DNA of 64,000 nt from Methanotrichaceae archaeon (GCA_963813075.1 CAWEXU010000004.1:224001-288000); one strand, 5' to 3'. Numbered from the stretch's first letter, positions 1 to 10,852 are shown. Numbers and translations: made by a program. The notes: a model not told the origin generated them from the letters alone.

Positions 1-562
1 CGACCTTTCCACTGGATAAGCTGGAGATGACCTTTGGGATCAGGAAATCGGATCTTTGACCAGGCCCATAGACATTGAATGGCCTGAGGATTACGCATTT
101 TATTCCAAAATCATCGTGATATGATTTGCATAGCTCTTCTCCAATCAGCTTGCTCCTTGAATAGGGATTGGTTGGATCTGTGCAATGCTTTTCATCCACA
201 GGCAGATATTGCGGCTGTCCGTAAACATATGAGCTAGCATATATTATTTTATCGATGTCATTCCGCCGGCAAGTCTCCAGTATGTTTAATGTGCCAAGAA
301 CATTTGTCTCATAGGTCGCATGCGGATTTTCATAGGATGAATTCACGGACGTCTTGGCTGCCAGATGATATATCATATCTATGTCGCCAAGCTGGTCTAT
401 CTTCCCCCTGATCAGATCCTTATTCCTGATGTCCAGGCGATTGCCATTGAGGTCCTTTAGCAGTATCAGCTCTGAATTCAGCTCTTTTAGAGCATTGACC
501 AGATGTCTGCCTACGAATCCATTCTCCCCGGTTATTGATATTCTTTTTTCGCTAAGTCCCAT
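1..562 (-). CDS. NAD-dependent epimerase/dehydratase (extended SDR), truncated by window edge
   Basis: Not in ORF track; my translation from ATG 562: MGLSEKRISITGENGFVGRHL...IYHLAAKTSV...YASSYVYG...PYSRSK...LRPFNVYGPGQ (GxxGxxG-like and YxxxK motifs). Confidence 0.9.
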   Translation of the reverse strand, partial: MGLSEKRISITGENGFVGRHLVNALKELNSELILLKDLNGNRLDIRNKDLIRGKIDQLGDIDMIYHLAAKTSVNSSYENPHATYETNVLGTLNILETCRRNDIDKIIYASSYVYGQPQYLPVDEKHCTDPTNPYSRSKLIGEELCKSYHDDFGIKCVILRPFNVYGPGQRSDFLIPKVISSLSSGKV

Positions 563-1274
563 CTATGCTAACCCCTAGCTCGCGATATATTTTCTGAATA
601 TCCTCATTGGCCCGGTCATAATCATCCGGTCTGCCGATATCCAGCCAATAGCCCTCATGAATAAAGCCATTAACCGTTTCCCCATCGGCCAACAATCTCT
701 TCATCAAGTCCGGTATATCTAAATATTCATTTGAAGGTATATATTTCAGCACGCGCTCATTAAATGCGTAAACACCCATGCTTACCAGGTAATCGATCCT
801 GGGCTTTTCAGTGTAGCCAATGAGCCTTCGGTCAGAATCCAGATTAACTACGCCAAAATCGATGTCAACGTGTCTTCGATTGAGAGCTATGGTCGCTATT
901 GACCCTGTTCTCTTATGGAATGCCAGAAATTCCGAAAAATCCAGGCTTGTCAGGACATCTCCATTCATCACCAGGAAATCATCTTTCAGCTCATTTTTCA
1001 ATAGACCCAATCCGCCGGCCGTTCCAAGCTTCGTCTCCTCTCTTGAGTATTCTATCTTCAAGCCGTACTTGCTGCCGCTATTGAAGAAGGCCATTATCAA
1101 CTCTGCCAGGTGTCCGACTGCCATGGTGATCTCATCAAAGCCTTTGGCCTTCAATTGCCTGATGATTATCTCCAGGATTGGTGACTCGCCAATGGGCATC
1201 AGCGGCTTGGGAAATACGGTGGTATAGGGCCTCAGCCTCGTGCCCAACCCTCCCGCAAGGATTACAGCTTTCAT
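552..1274 (-). CDS. Sugar-phosphate nucleotidyltransferase (NTP_transferase family)
   Basis: LAGGLGTRLRPYT..PKPL, LGTAG, NGD, EKP, WLDIGRPDDY motifs. Confidence 0.92.
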   Translation of the reverse strand: MKAVILAGGLGTRLRPYTTVFPKPLMPIGESPILEIIIRQLKAKGFDEITMAVGHLAELIMAFFNSGSKYGLKIEYSREETKLGTAGGLGLLKNELKDDFLVMNGDVLTSLDFSEFLAFHKRTGSIATIALNRRHVDIDFGVVNLDSDRRLIGYTEKPRIDYLVSMGVYAFNERVLKYIPSNEYLDIPDLMKRLLADGETVNGFIHEGYWLDIGRPDDYDRANEDIQKIYRELGVSIDGT

Positions 1275-1281
1275 TTTTCTC

Positions 1282-2271
1282 CTAGCATTTAACTAATTTA
1301 ATCAAATTTTTATTCGCACGGACCCATTCTATTGTCTCCTGCAGGCCTTCATCTAAAGAGACTTGCGGACCCCAGTTCAGCAATCTCCTGGCTTTTGCAT
1401 TGTCGCACCACAATCTCTGTACCTCACTCTTTTGTGGCCTGACTCGCGAGGAATCCTGGATTATATCGATCTTCTTATCCAATAAGGACGAGATCTTCCC
1501 GGCCAGGTCACCCATGGACACCTCAAAATTCGATCCGATATTGATGACCTCTCCAATCGACCTATCTGATTCTGCTACTTTGATAAATCCATTTACGGTA
1601 TCTTTGACATAGGTATAATCGCGGGTAGGGAACAGGGATCCCAATTTTATGGTCTCTTGCTGTATGGCTTGAGTGATGATGGTAGGGATTATCGCTCTCG
1701 TAGACTGCCTGGGCCCATATGTATTAAAAGGTCTGATTGTTGCCACAGGAAGGTCAAAAGCACAGTAGAAGCTCTCCGCTATTTTATCCGCCCCGATCTT
1801 GCTGGCAGAGTAGGGAGATTGACCCTGCAGTGGGTGTTTTTCATCTATTGGAACATATAATGCCGTGCCATATACCTCGCTGGATGATGTATGGACGATC
1901 TTCTCCACACCCAGATCTCTTGCTGCCGTTAGCACATTTAATGTACTTGATATATTATTTTCTATAGTATCTCTGGGCCTATTGTATGAGTAAGGAATAG
2001 AGATCAATGATCCAAGATGAAATATAACATCAACATCTTTAGCCGCGCCAAGTACTGCATCGTAATCCTTAAGGTCTCCTGAAACGATCTGGAGGGAATC
2101 AAGCATATGTCGTGGGAGTATCTCCAGCAATCCCCAATCATTCCTCGAGTTGTATCTCAAAAAGCCTTTTACTTCAGCGCCCAGATCAACGAGGCGCTCA
2201 ATCAGATGGCTCCCTATAAAGCCTCCGGCTCCTGTAACTAATACTTTCTTTTTGCTCCAGTGATAGTCCAT
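1282..2271 (-). CDS. NDP-sugar 4,6-dehydratase / NAD-dependent epimerase (LegB-like)
   Basis: TGAGGFIGSHL, HTSSSEVYG, QSPYSASK, RPFNTYGPRQS, SEVQRL motifs. Confidence 0.9.
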   Translation of the reverse strand: MDYHWSKKKVLVTGAGGFIGSHLIERLVDLGAEVKGFLRYNSRNDWGLLEILPRHMLDSLQIVSGDLKDYDAVLGAAKDVDVIFHLGSLISIPYSYNRPRDTIENNISSTLNVLTAARDLGVEKIVHTSSSEVYGTALYVPIDEKHPLQGQSPYSASKIGADKIAESFYCAFDLPVATIRPFNTYGPRQSTRAIIPTIITQAIQQETIKLGSLFPTRDYTYVKDTVNGFIKVAESDRSIGEVINIGSNFEVSMGDLAGKISSLLDKKIDIIQDSSRVRPQKSEVQRLWCDNAKARRLLNWGPQVSLDEGLQETIEWVRANKNLIKLVKC

Positions 2272-2451
2272 TCTATAGCCTCTAGTTTATTCATTATCTA
2301 AACTATATAGTCTCACTATATATTCTTACTATATATCTCACTAAATTATCCTTTGATGGCAATCTCATTTTCCATAGGCAATATTTATAGCCTCTGTGTA
2401 CGCCCTCAGCTAGCGATTATCCTTGACGGCAACCATATCTCGTGCTCAGTA

Positions 2452-2485
2452 ATCGGGCCTTTATGGATATCGGGCCTTTATGGAT
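2452..2485. repeat. Perfect 17-bp tandem duplication (atcgggcctttatggat x2)
   Basis: Read directly in the intergenic sequence. Confidence 0.85.
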
Positions 2486-2544
2486 ATTATAGTTGTGAAC
2501 CAAAGATCGAAACATATTTGTCGCTCAAAATAAGCCTTAACACG

Positions 2545-4074
2545 TCAAATATTGGTTTGCATCTTTTTTGCATAAATAAAAACTTTTTCAGAATTTAAAA
2601 TTTTATTTATTTTTTCATTATTTTCTAATAAATGCTCGTTGACCTTCCAGGGCACAATCTGGATCCAATTACCGACATTTAAAGCATTTAAATCGTTATT
2701 TATTATAAAATAATCATTGGAGCTATATTCTGTTCTTTTTATGAGAAAAGCTACATCATTTTCATCCAATGTTTGAAAATTCTGAGTTCTGTAGGACATG
2801 ATATAGTAATTCTTCGTCAGCTCATCGCTTCTCATCTGAGTTCCGCTTGTCTCTTCTTTGCACCAAGATAATGGCAGACTAAGATAATTGAATTTATCTA
2901 AATCTTTATTGGAAAGGTCCTCATTATATATCAAGATGTGATAGATGGGATTCATGGCCAATAGGATGATTATCCCAGCAATTGCCCATTTTTTTATAGA
3001 TCCGCCATTGCCGTACATCCAGGCTATGCTGAAGACGGCAGGATAATAAAAAAAACCGATTTCCACATGCCCTATCATGAGGCGAATTACCGCCCAAATC
3101 ACCATTGACGAGAGTATTGATATTATAAATATTGAGTGTATTTTATATCGAGTGTTGACTGAAGTTATGAAATGAATTAAAAACAGCGTAAGAAAAACCA
3201 GAAGAATGCCATATTTAACATAGCCATAGTAGGTAATGGATTGGGGATAATGAAGATATATATCTCTTAGAATATTATCCTGAGCATTGGCGGAAAAATA
3301 GGATAGCACGAATTTATCCAGTACAGACAGTGTAAATGAATCTGAAGATTTTAATGCATTAATAAAATTATTGTAAACAAATTCTGTAAGCCCCAGCTCG
3401 GCAATGATCAGCAAAATCAATAATTTTATCGATTGATGCTGTCGGTAATCCAGATTATTTCTGCTTAAATGCGCGGGATTATTAAATATCATTGAGTAGA
3501 TTATAAATGACGATAAAAATAGCAGATAAGTGAAAATCACGTCATATGATGTAAATACCAGAGAAATTCCTACGATCACTGCCAGCAGATGATATTGCCA
3601 GACAGATCTATCTTTGCCGGAAAAGATCAATAAGAATAATATCAATAAAGCGAAATATAATATACTGCCTATACCATGCGGCCAGAAAAAGATCCTTTGG
3701 GTGCCAGTGAATCCCGTTGTCAACTCAGTAATCGAGATTAAGCTCGCTAAAAAATAGCTATTGGAAATTTTCAGCAATAAGACAAAGAAAAGCACAGTAT
3801 AGGGGATCAGTTGGATTGGAGAAAATAATAAAAAACGGCTGCTTTCGCCCAGCATCAGTGCCAGCTCAGAACCCAATAAGTGGAAAGAGGGAACGGTATT
3901 TCTATATGCATCCAGCAAGAATCCTTTTTCCATCGTTTCATCTATTGCGCTTATTTGAAGCGGCGCAAAAGCATCTATTGAGCTGTTAAAATGCAGGAGA
4001 ATATAAATGTAAGATACTGCAAACGCAATGATATATATCTTTTTAATTCTCATATCACGAAAAGCGATTGGCAT
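2545..4074 (-). CDS. Polytopic membrane protein of a glycosylation cluster (Wzy/GT-C-like, function uncertain)
   Basis: 509 aa, about 10-12 hydrophobic segments, AT-rich, flanked by glycosyltransferases. Confidence 0.65.
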   Translation of the reverse strand: MPIAFRDMRIKKIYIIAFAVSYIYILLHFNSSIDAFAPLQISAIDETMEKGFLLDAYRNTVPSFHLLGSELALMLGESSRFLLFSPIQLIPYTVLFFVLLLKISNSYFLASLISITELTTGFTGTQRIFFWPHGIGSILYFALLILFLLIFSGKDRSVWQYHLLAVIVGISLVFTSYDVIFTYLLFLSSFIIYSMIFNNPAHLSRNNLDYRQHQSIKLLILLIIAELGLTEFVYNNFINALKSSDSFTLSVLDKFVLSYFSANAQDNILRDIYLHYPQSITYYGYVKYGILLVFLTLFLIHFITSVNTRYKIHSIFIISILSSMVIWAVIRLMIGHVEIGFFYYPAVFSIAWMYGNGGSIKKWAIAGIIILLAMNPIYHILIYNEDLSNKDLDKFNYLSLPLSWCKEETSGTQMRSDELTKNYYIMSYRTQNFQTLDENDVAFLIKRTEYSSNDYFIINNDLNALNVGNWIQIVPWKVNEHLLENNEKINKILNSEKVFIYAKKMQTNI

Positions 4075-4164
4075 ATATCAAACACGATTTATCTATTCAA
4101 TCTGCTGCCCCCAATCGAGGGGCACTTATCTATCATGAGCACTTATCTATTTCGGGCACTCATT

Positions 4165-5238
4165 TTAATCAACCGGATTATGCAGCAGTCGATCTGATAT
4201 CTGCAGCAGTCTGTTCTCGATCCGTTTCTGATATGACGTTCTTACGGCCTTAAGGCAGGCGTAATTCCAAATATATATCATATTGCACAGCCTTATAATC
4301 AGGACGTCCAATTTATATCTTGTTAACTGATCATCCGGGATCTTATCATATAAGGAACCAATGAGCAGGTGGGAATTTCCTTTAACCGGCGTGATTTCAT
4401 CGGTAAGGCCGTGTACCATCGCCAGTATTTTATTGTATAAATATTCCACACCCCCCCTTGATGCATAGCCAAAGGTCAGCATTTCTGTAAGCAAAAGGGA
4501 TGGACTGAGAAGGAGGAGACAATTGGTGGAGAGGTATTTTCTCAATATCGTGTATCTTCCCTTCTCCAGGTAATATAATTTTTTAGGAGTCATCTTTAAT
4601 ATGTAATCATGCTTGACCACCGATAAAGGAGTATACAGGATTTTAAATCCATTCAGATTGGCTCTCCAGGAAAGATCGGCATCTTCATTGTACATGAAAA
4701 ATCTTCTGTCAAACCCCCCCAGGCTCAAATAGTGATCCCGTCTTATGGCAAATGAACAGCCAGAGATGCCGCTAATTCGCTTTTTGCAGGATTGCATGTC
4801 TGAAGCATCACCCAATCCCCTGGTAAATGAGAGGCCTGAAAAATGATTTATGGCACCACAGGTGTTTATAATGTCGCCGTTATAGGTTAATATCTTGGGC
4901 GTGGTGATGATTTTGTCGGTATTTTTTAAGGGCTTGATAAGCTCTCTGAGCCACCCCTCTTCCACAATTGTATCCGGATTGAGTATCACGATGTACTCGC
5001 CAATGGCATGTTTTACTCCCTCATTATTTCCGGCCCCGTAGCCTGCATTTTCCCCATTCTCAATCAATCTGACATGAGGATATTTATTTTTTAATATATT
5101 GCAACTGTTATCTGTAGAATTATTATCAACAGCAACGATCTCATGAGGATAATCTTGTTTCATTATAGAATCGATACATGCTTCAATATAACGGCCGCTA
5201 TTGTAAAGAACGACAATTACGCTGGCTAATTCATCCAT
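4165..5238 (-). CDS. Glycosyltransferase family 2
   Basis: VDNNSTD, NAGYGAGNN, LNPD, FFMYNEDADL motifs. Confidence 0.92.
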   Translation of the reverse strand: MDELASVIVVLYNSGRYIEACIDSIMKQDYPHEIVAVDNNSTDNSCNILKNKYPHVRLIENGENAGYGAGNNEGVKHAIGEYIVILNPDTIVEEGWLRELIKPLKNTDKIITTPKILTYNGDIINTCGAINHFSGLSFTRGLGDASDMQSCKKRISGISGCSFAIRRDHYLSLGGFDRRFFMYNEDADLSWRANLNGFKILYTPLSVVKHDYILKMTPKKLYYLEKGRYTILRKYLSTNCLLLLSPSLLLTEMLTFGYASRGGVEYLYNKILAMVHGLTDEITPVKGNSHLLIGSLYDKIPDDQLTRYKLDVLIIRLCNMIYIWNYACLKAVRTSYQKRIENRLLQISDRLLHNPVD

Positions 5239-5283
5239 ATGTCCGGTATACCTCCTTGTGTATCTTTCTTTTTTGTATTGTTT

Positions 5284-6219
5284 TCAATTATTCCCCTCCG
5301 TAACTCCTCCTCCCTGTGCCAGTAGCTCCCTTTTGAACTCGTGCATAACCCGCGACAGTATATGCAGAATCATTCCTGTGAGCGCCAGGAAAGATCCAAG
5401 CAGCATCAGCAAAATCATTAGCAGCGTTGGGCCGTACTGCAGGCTACCGCCGTGAGCAAACGTCCTGAGGAACTCCAGTGCCATCAGTATTCCCGCCCCC
5501 GCCATCAGAGATCCTGGGAGGGTGAAATAGATGAGCGGTTTTCGCAACTGCATGTCGTGCAGGACATTAAAAAGAACCCGAAGTCCATGGACCACAGGGT
5601 TTTCTGATGAGCCATTCACATCGTAGCGCACCCCGATCTCCACCTCCTGGATGCGCAGGCCTGCAGCAGCGGCGTCGGCCAGCATCTCGCTCTCTATGGC
5701 CAGGCCCTTCTGCTCGAAACGGAATATTCCTTTGGTCCGACCGGCAAAAGCCCTGAATCCGCTCTGGGTATCGGTTATTGAGAGGCCGCAACCTATGTTG
5801 GTGGCCAGGTCAAGCACCTTCTGGCCCATGCGACGGTATACTGGCGTATCTTTCTTATTCCCGTTCAGGTAGCGGCTGCCGTTGACCATATCCGCATCAC
5901 CCTCTAAAATGGGACTCACCAGGCGAGGGATGTCCTCAGGGTCATGCTGTCCGTCGGTATCTATAGTGACAATAACCGCATCGCCGTTGAGGGAAGCAAA
6001 ACCAGTCTTCAGAGCCGCACCCTTTCCAAGGTTCATCTCATGGCGCAGCACCTGAGCACCTGCCAGGGCGGCAACCTCTGCCGTGCGGTCCATGCTGCCG
6101 TCATCTATCACTATTACCCGGTCTGCGTATTTGAGTGTGCGCAGGACAATGCTGCCTATTGACACCTCCTCGTTGTAGGCCGGCAATATGGCTGTAATCT
6201 CCCCCACCAAACTCTCCAC
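5284..6219 (-). CDS. GT2 DPM1-like polyprenol-phosphate glycosyltransferase with 2 C-terminal TM helices
   Basis: PAYNEE, IDDGSMD, GKGAA, DTDGQHDP, DTQSGFRA motifs. Confidence 0.9.
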   Translation of the reverse strand: MESLVGEITAILPAYNEEVSIGSIVLRTLKYADRVIVIDDGSMDRTAEVAALAGAQVLRHEMNLGKGAALKTGFASLNGDAVIVTIDTDGQHDPEDIPRLVSPILEGDADMVNGSRYLNGNKKDTPVYRRMGQKVLDLATNIGCGLSITDTQSGFRAFAGRTKGIFRFEQKGLAIESEMLADAAAAGLRIQEVEIGVRYDVNGSSENPVVHGLRVLFNVLHDMQLRKPLIYFTLPGSLMAGAGILMALEFLRTFAHGGSLQYGPTLLMILLMLLGSFLALTGMILHILSRVMHEFKRELLAQGGGVTEGNN

Positions 6220-6472
6220 CCCACTCCTGCTATGTAATAATAAAATGGACCATTCCTGTATAGTGATTCGACCAATAAATCCTGCAAATATTTAGCAGCA
6301 TAATCAGCAAACTATTGCAGGTCCAAAGGCATATAAAAACGCTTTGGATATCATTTTCTATAGCATACGCTATGGGGCCAGTGCCTCCTATCATGCATCA
6401 ATTCAGCTACTGGCCAGATCACGATACTGATTCGATGTAGACATTGATATTTTGCAATTTTAAGAAAAAAAA

Positions 6473-7639
6473 TTACGCTTCTGCCTCGCCCATAAGCCTG
6501 TCCACCAACCATTCGGGCTCGAACTTCACCAGGTCGGGATAGGTCTGTCCCACGCCAAGGAAGAGCACCGGCTTGCCGGTTATATAAGCAATGGATATGG
6601 CAGATCCGCCTTTGGCATCGGCATCGGTCTTGGTGAGGATCGATCCATCGATGGGCACTGACTCATTGAAAAGGCGAGCCCTTTCCACGGCATCGTTGCC
6701 TGCTATTGCCTCATCCACGAATATCAATAGATCTGGATTGGTGACCCGGACGATCTTTCTCATCTGATCCATGAGGTTGATGTTGGTGTGCAGCCTCCCG
6801 GCGGTGTCTGCCAAGACGACATCTTTGTTATGAGCCCGAGCATACTCGATGGCATCGAAGATAACTGCTGCCGGATCTCCGCCCGTCTTGTGCTTGACCA
6901 CCTTCAGACCCAGGTTCCCGCCGTGCACCTCCAATTGTTCAATGGCTCCCGCCCGGAAGGTATCGCCAGCGGCAAGGACTACTGAGTAGCTCTGATCCAG
7001 GAGGTACTTGGCCACCTTGGCGATGCTGGTCGTCTTGCCGGTGCCGTTCACACCCACGAACAGTATCTTGACCGGCTTATCCTTCGTCCGGATGAACTCA
7101 TCGAAGTCCAGGTAGTTCCTGGATAGAAGTCTTATCAGCGCATTTCTGAGCGAGTCCTCCGCCAGCTGGCCGGTGTCCGCACCGATCTTCCTTTTCTTCC
7201 CAACAAGATCGGACTTGACCTCTCTTACGATCTCCTCGGCCACCGGAAGGGCGACATCGCTTTCCATGAGGGCCATCTCCAGCGCCCACATGGGCTCTTC
7301 CAGGTCCTTCTCCTCTAAGATTATCTCCTGTTCGAAGACCAGTGTCTTGGCCTTCTGTAAAAATGAGAACCTGCCTTTTTTGTTTTTGGCCTCTCCATTG
7401 CCAGAGGGTTGGGCCAGGGGCCCGTTTTGCAAAGAGCTCGAGGATGCTGCCTTTTGGGGTTCCTCTGATTTCGAATCCTTCTTGCCAGCAGCTGGGGCCT
7501 CCAATGCAGGCCTTTCTTCAGCTTTAATCTCCTCGGGACCCGGTTCTCTTTTCGCTCCCGAGGCCGAGACCTTCTCTGCGATCTTTGTGGATAAGGCCTC
7601 CTTATAGCTCGCGAGCTTCTCCTTAAACCGGTTAAACAA
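6473..7639 (-). CDS. ftsY: Signal recognition particle receptor FtsY
   Basis: GVNGTGKTT, DTFRAGA, DTAGR, TKxD, GVGQ motifs; likely TTG start at 7639 (ORF extends to 7663). Confidence 0.97.
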   Translation of the reverse strand: MFNRFKEKLASYKEALSTKIAEKVSASGAKREPGPEEIKAEERPALEAPAAGKKDSKSEEPQKAASSSSLQNGPLAQPSGNGEAKNKKGRFSFLQKAKTLVFEQEIILEEKDLEEPMWALEMALMESDVALPVAEEIVREVKSDLVGKKRKIGADTGQLAEDSLRNALIRLLSRNYLDFDEFIRTKDKPVKILFVGVNGTGKTTSIAKVAKYLLDQSYSVVLAAGDTFRAGAIEQLEVHGGNLGLKVVKHKTGGDPAAVIFDAIEYARAHNKDVVLADTAGRLHTNINLMDQMRKIVRVTNPDLLIFVDEAIAGNDAVERARLFNESVPIDGSILTKTDADAKGGSAISIAYITGKPVLFLGVGQTYPDLVKFEPEWLVDRLMGEAEA

Positions 7640-8084
7640 CCCCTTCGCTCTCCTGTCCGCCAAGGCGGCTTTCGTACTGCTGCATTATGCCCTGGATCTT
7701 CTGCATCTCCTGATCGATCTTGGCGAGCACTTCAGTTAGCTTTTTTGAGCCATCGAGCACCTCATTCTTCCGCAGCTTAAGTATCTCTTTGGCCTCAGCC
7801 GGGCTCTTTTCTATGCTCACGCCCGCCCCGACGTTCAGAACTACATTCTCCCTGGAGGCGAGTTTGCCGTGGATGAACGACCCAGAGCCTATGGGGACCA
7901 GGATCTCCTGACCAACCTCCGCCTCCTCCAGTGTCTCAACTGCACCCAGAGCCCTTTCCAGACCCTGAGCAGCGATTTGAGTCAGGCCGAGCTGGTGAGA
8001 GATTTCGTCCGCCTGGGCCTGGTACTGCTCATATGCGGCCAGGAGCCTTCTGATCTCCTCCTCGCTCCCAGGAGAGCTACTCAA
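7632..8084 (-). CDS. pfdA: Prefoldin subunit alpha
   Basis: Coiled coils flanking EILVPIGSG..VLNVGAGVSIEK hairpins; conserved position. Confidence 0.95.
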   Translation of the reverse strand: MSSSPGSEEEIRRLLAAYEQYQAQADEISHQLGLTQIAAQGLERALGAVETLEEAEVGQEILVPIGSGSFIHGKLASRENVVLNVGAGVSIEKSPAEAKEILKLRKNEVLDGSKKLTEVLAKIDQEMQKIQGIMQQYESRLGGQESEGVV

Positions 8085-8265
8085 CTGTCTTCACCTCGTC
8101 TATCTTGATGAGGTCTCTTTTCAGACCGTGTTGACTGCCCATCAGGGAGTAGACTGTATTTACGGCATTCTTCTCGTTCTGGCTATCCACTACCTTGCTG
8201 AAAGGAAGCCAGGTCTTGCCGATAAGCCCTCCCTTATATCTCCCTTTAATCTCAAAATTGCTCAT
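8077..8265 (-). CDS. rpl18a: 50S ribosomal protein eL20 (L18Ae/LX)
   Basis: FSK..YSLMGSQHGLKRDLIKIDEV; between IF-6 and prefoldin. Confidence 0.92.
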   Translation of the reverse strand: MSNFEIKGRYKGGLIGKTWLPFSKVVDSQNEKNAVNTVYSLMGSQHGLKRDLIKIDEVKTVE

Positions 8266-8280
8266 GATTTTTCACCTCTA

Positions 8281-8952
8281 TTACGCCAGGAAATCCAATG
8301 CATCCTCAATTCGACCCAGCTCCGGGCCGGTGGTCTCGTCTCCTGCGAAGTAGCCGAAGCTGTTCGCCAGCAGACCTGAGCCCACCAGAGGCGAGCCGAG
8401 GTTAACTGTGCCCACGTCTACAGGCAGTTCGAATAGCTCTTCCAGCATAGCTATCTCCTCCTCCGATACCCGGGGGTGGACGAGAAGGCCTTTATTGGTG
8501 GCAACGCCAGCCATACCCACAGTCTTCAGGCCGCCTATGGTGCCCTTTTGCACCTTAACTCCCAGGGTCTCCTCTATTGTCTGGCAGGCTCTGGAGGAGA
8601 GGCCGGGATGAACCAGGGCTGCCGTGTCATTGGCTAAGATGACATTGCCGGCGGCATTGATCCTGGCAGGCAGCCTGGAGACCTTTCCGTGCTGGCGGAG
8701 GATCTTCAGGTCTTCGACATTGGCATGGCGGCTGACCACGAATCCACTTTTATTAGCAGATATAAGCGAGCCTATCACCGAGCCGATGCCAGCCGGAACA
8801 CATACCGCCAATACATGAAGCCCTTCCTCTAAAGCTGCAATGTCCTCAGCTCCGACCTGTTCTGGCAGCAGGAGCACATCATCTGTGCAGCGGGCGAATA
8901 CACCCACCAGGCTGCTGCCAGCAATCTTGGTCCTCTTAACTCTTACCGGCAA
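8281..8952 (-). CDS. eif6: Translation initiation factor aIF-6
   Basis: GNVILAND, LVHP, GTVNLGSPLVGSG, TTGPELGRIEDAL. Confidence 0.96.
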   Translation of the reverse strand: MPVRVKRTKIAGSSLVGVFARCTDDVLLLPEQVGAEDIAALEEGLHVLAVCVPAGIGSVIGSLISANKSGFVVSRHANVEDLKILRQHGKVSRLPARINAAGNVILANDTAALVHPGLSSRACQTIEETLGVKVQKGTIGGLKTVGMAGVATNKGLLVHPRVSEEEIAMLEELFELPVDVGTVNLGSPLVGSGLLANSFGYFAGDETTGPELGRIEDALDFLA

Positions 8953-9208
8953 ATTCTGCTTCCACTCCGCCGTCTTCGAATTTGACCGCCCGTACTCTTA
9001 CCCGCCGGGGTGGCTTCATATCCCCTCTTGCCCAGATCACCTGGTTTAAGCCGGGGTCGATCTTTACATCCTTTGCGGGGGTTTTCATATGCCGGGCAAG
9101 GTAATTCCTAATCTCTGTCATGGCCCGGTTGGACCTTCTGTAAATAGGAACGCATTTCACAATACCCAGAGGTATGGTGTAAACTCTCTCTGTGTCCGCC
9201 ATTGTCAT
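8936..9208 (-). CDS. rpl31e: 50S ribosomal protein eL31
   Basis: [31 protein letters not shown]. Confidence 0.96.
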   Translation of the reverse strand: MTMADTERVYTIPLGIVKCVPIYRRSNRAMTEIRNYLARHMKTPAKDVKIDPGLNQVIWARGDMKPPRRVRVRAVKFEDGGVEAEFAGKS

Positions 9209-9357
9209 CTCTCTAGACTGCTTCTTCGCCAATGTCTTCTCTTGGGGTGAGCGACTACCTTCCTCATGGTCTTGACTATGACCCAGGATGGGACCCTACG
9301 ATTCTGATTGAATGCTTTGGCAAGCCTGATCTTCTTGCCCTTTAATTTCTTGGACAA
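9205..9357 (-). CDS. rpl39e: 50S ribosomal protein eL39
   Basis: Below ORF-track cutoff; translated from TTG 9357: [55 protein letters not shown] upstream. Confidence 0.95.
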   Translation of the reverse strand: MSKKLKGKKIRLAKAFNQNRRVPSWVIVKTMRKVVAHPKRRHWRRSSLER

Positions 9358-9952
9358 ATCTCTTCCTCCGAATTACTCTCGTGTGCGTATGATTGGAGGG
9401 GAAGATCCTGTCGACCTCCCTTCCGCCGTGCCTCTCTTTTAGCGCATATCTCAGGCCCACCTCAAAGTCTGAGGCAGGATGCTTCTCGGAGAGCTCCTCC
9501 TCGAAGTCCAAATAGCGCGAGGCCATGGCCCGGATGGCTCTTCCACCCAGTCCCGCCAGCGGTCTTAAGTATTGCACATGCAACCGGTCTTCCAGGCTTC
9601 GGATAGCGCCGAAATCCATCTTGGGGGCGCGATCATCTCTTCTTGTTCCATCCGCCACAAATTCGCACTCTTTTGCTATTGTCTCTACTGCAATGGGATG
9701 AATATAATTGAGAGCATCATTGGGATAGCCCGTGGACTGCAATATCTCCAGGGCTCTATTCAGGACATCCTCGCTATAGACCATTCTTCTCAGGGGATAT
9801 CCCAACTCTCCCGCTACATCTCGTGCTCTCATCCAGGAATCGTCGTGGCCAAAGCTGAAATTCACCAGCTCTATCTCCTCGAAGAATGGCTCGAGCAAAA
9901 GGGCCGCCAGACTGCTATCTTTTCCGCCGGAGAACAGGACTGCAACCTTCAT
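9296..9952 (-). CDS. Conserved archaeal PP-loop ATPase (COG2117-like)
   Basis: [11 protein letters not shown]-loop, DGTRRDDR; conserved position between PDCD5-like gene and eL39. Confidence 0.85.
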   Translation of the reverse strand: MKVAVLFSGGKDSSLAALLLEPFFEEIELVNFSFGHDDSWMRARDVAGELGYPLRRMVYSEDVLNRALEILQSTGYPNDALNYIHPIAVETIAKECEFVADGTRRDDRAPKMDFGAIRSLEDRLHVQYLRPLAGLGGRAIRAMASRYLDFEEELSEKHPASDFEVGLRYALKERHGGREVDRIFPSNHTHTRVIRRKRFVQEIKGQEDQACQSIQSES

Positions 9953-9974
9953 ATATCGACCGATTCCGAGAACT

Positions 9975-10316
9975 TCATCTTCTGGTTATGTTTATATCTC
10001 TCTTCTTGGGCTGGGCCTGAGTGAGTATCGCCTTTAGCTGCTCGTCAGTGATCGCGCCTCTCAGCCTGCCGCTTTGTGCAAGCATGATGAGCTGGGCCTC
10101 GATCTGGGAGACGAACTCAGGCCTGGTCATGCGAATGGCATTCATCCTTTCGCGAGCCTCGGGAGTGAGGATAGTCCTCATTAAGGCCGCCTTCTTGGCC
10201 TCCATCTCCTGCTGGGCCTGCTCCTGCTGAACGGCAGCCATTTGTGAATCCGACTGCTGTCTTTGGATCTGCTCCAGCCTCTTTCGTCTCAGTTCTGCAA
10301 GCTCATCATCAGCCAT
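9975..10316 (-). CDS. PDCD5-like DNA-binding protein
   Basis: [37 protein letters not shown]. Confidence 0.95.
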   Translation of the reverse strand: MADDELAELRRKRLEQIQRQQSDSQMAAVQQEQAQQEMEAKKAALMRTILTPEARERMNAIRMTRPEFVSQIEAQLIMLAQSGRLRGAITDEQLKAILTQAQPKKRDINITRR

Positions 10317-10330
10317 TGTTTGATTCCTCC

Positions 10331-10798
10331 TTATGCTGTCGATTCTGCGGCTGGTTCGGATGCGGGTGCAATTGAAGCCTCTTTTTGGCTGGCCACCTTA
10401 TGGGCTATGCCGTCGAGGAATGCCTGGCCCTCTGGGGTCATCTGGCGTCCCTTCTTCAGCTTCTTAACCAGGCCTGCCTTCTCCAGCTGCTGCAGGGATT
10501 CTCTTACCACCGAGCCGCTGCCCTTGGCAAAGGCCCCGGTAGCCACTCCCTTGCGCTTCTTTCCGCCGTAGAATGTTCTGAGCCGGGATACTCCCACAGG
10601 CCCATCGATATATATTCTGCGCAGAATGGATGCCGACCTCACGAACCACCAGTCTGGATTGGTGGGTGGCATCTCCCTATTTACCCCAGTCTTGGCAAAT
10701 TCAGCCCAAACAGGCGGCTGGACCTTGCCCGCTGCCTTCAGCTCTAAAGCTGCGGCGGCTATCAAGTCATGGGGAGGTACGTCGTAAACAGTTGTCAA
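10331..10798 (-). CDS. rps19e: 30S ribosomal protein eS19
   Basis: [35 protein letters not shown]. Confidence 0.97.
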   Translation of the reverse strand: MTTVYDVPPHDLIAAAALELKAAGKVQPPVWAEFAKTGVNREMPPTNPDWWFVRSASILRRIYIDGPVGVSRLRTFYGGKKRKGVATGAFAKGSGSVVRESLQQLEKAGLVKKLKKGRQMTPEGQAFLDGIAHKVASQKEASIAPASEPAAESTA

Positions 10799-10852
10799 TT
10801 TTTCAATCCTCCGAGATGATAAGGAACAAACCAGAACCCTTACGCCAAAACA

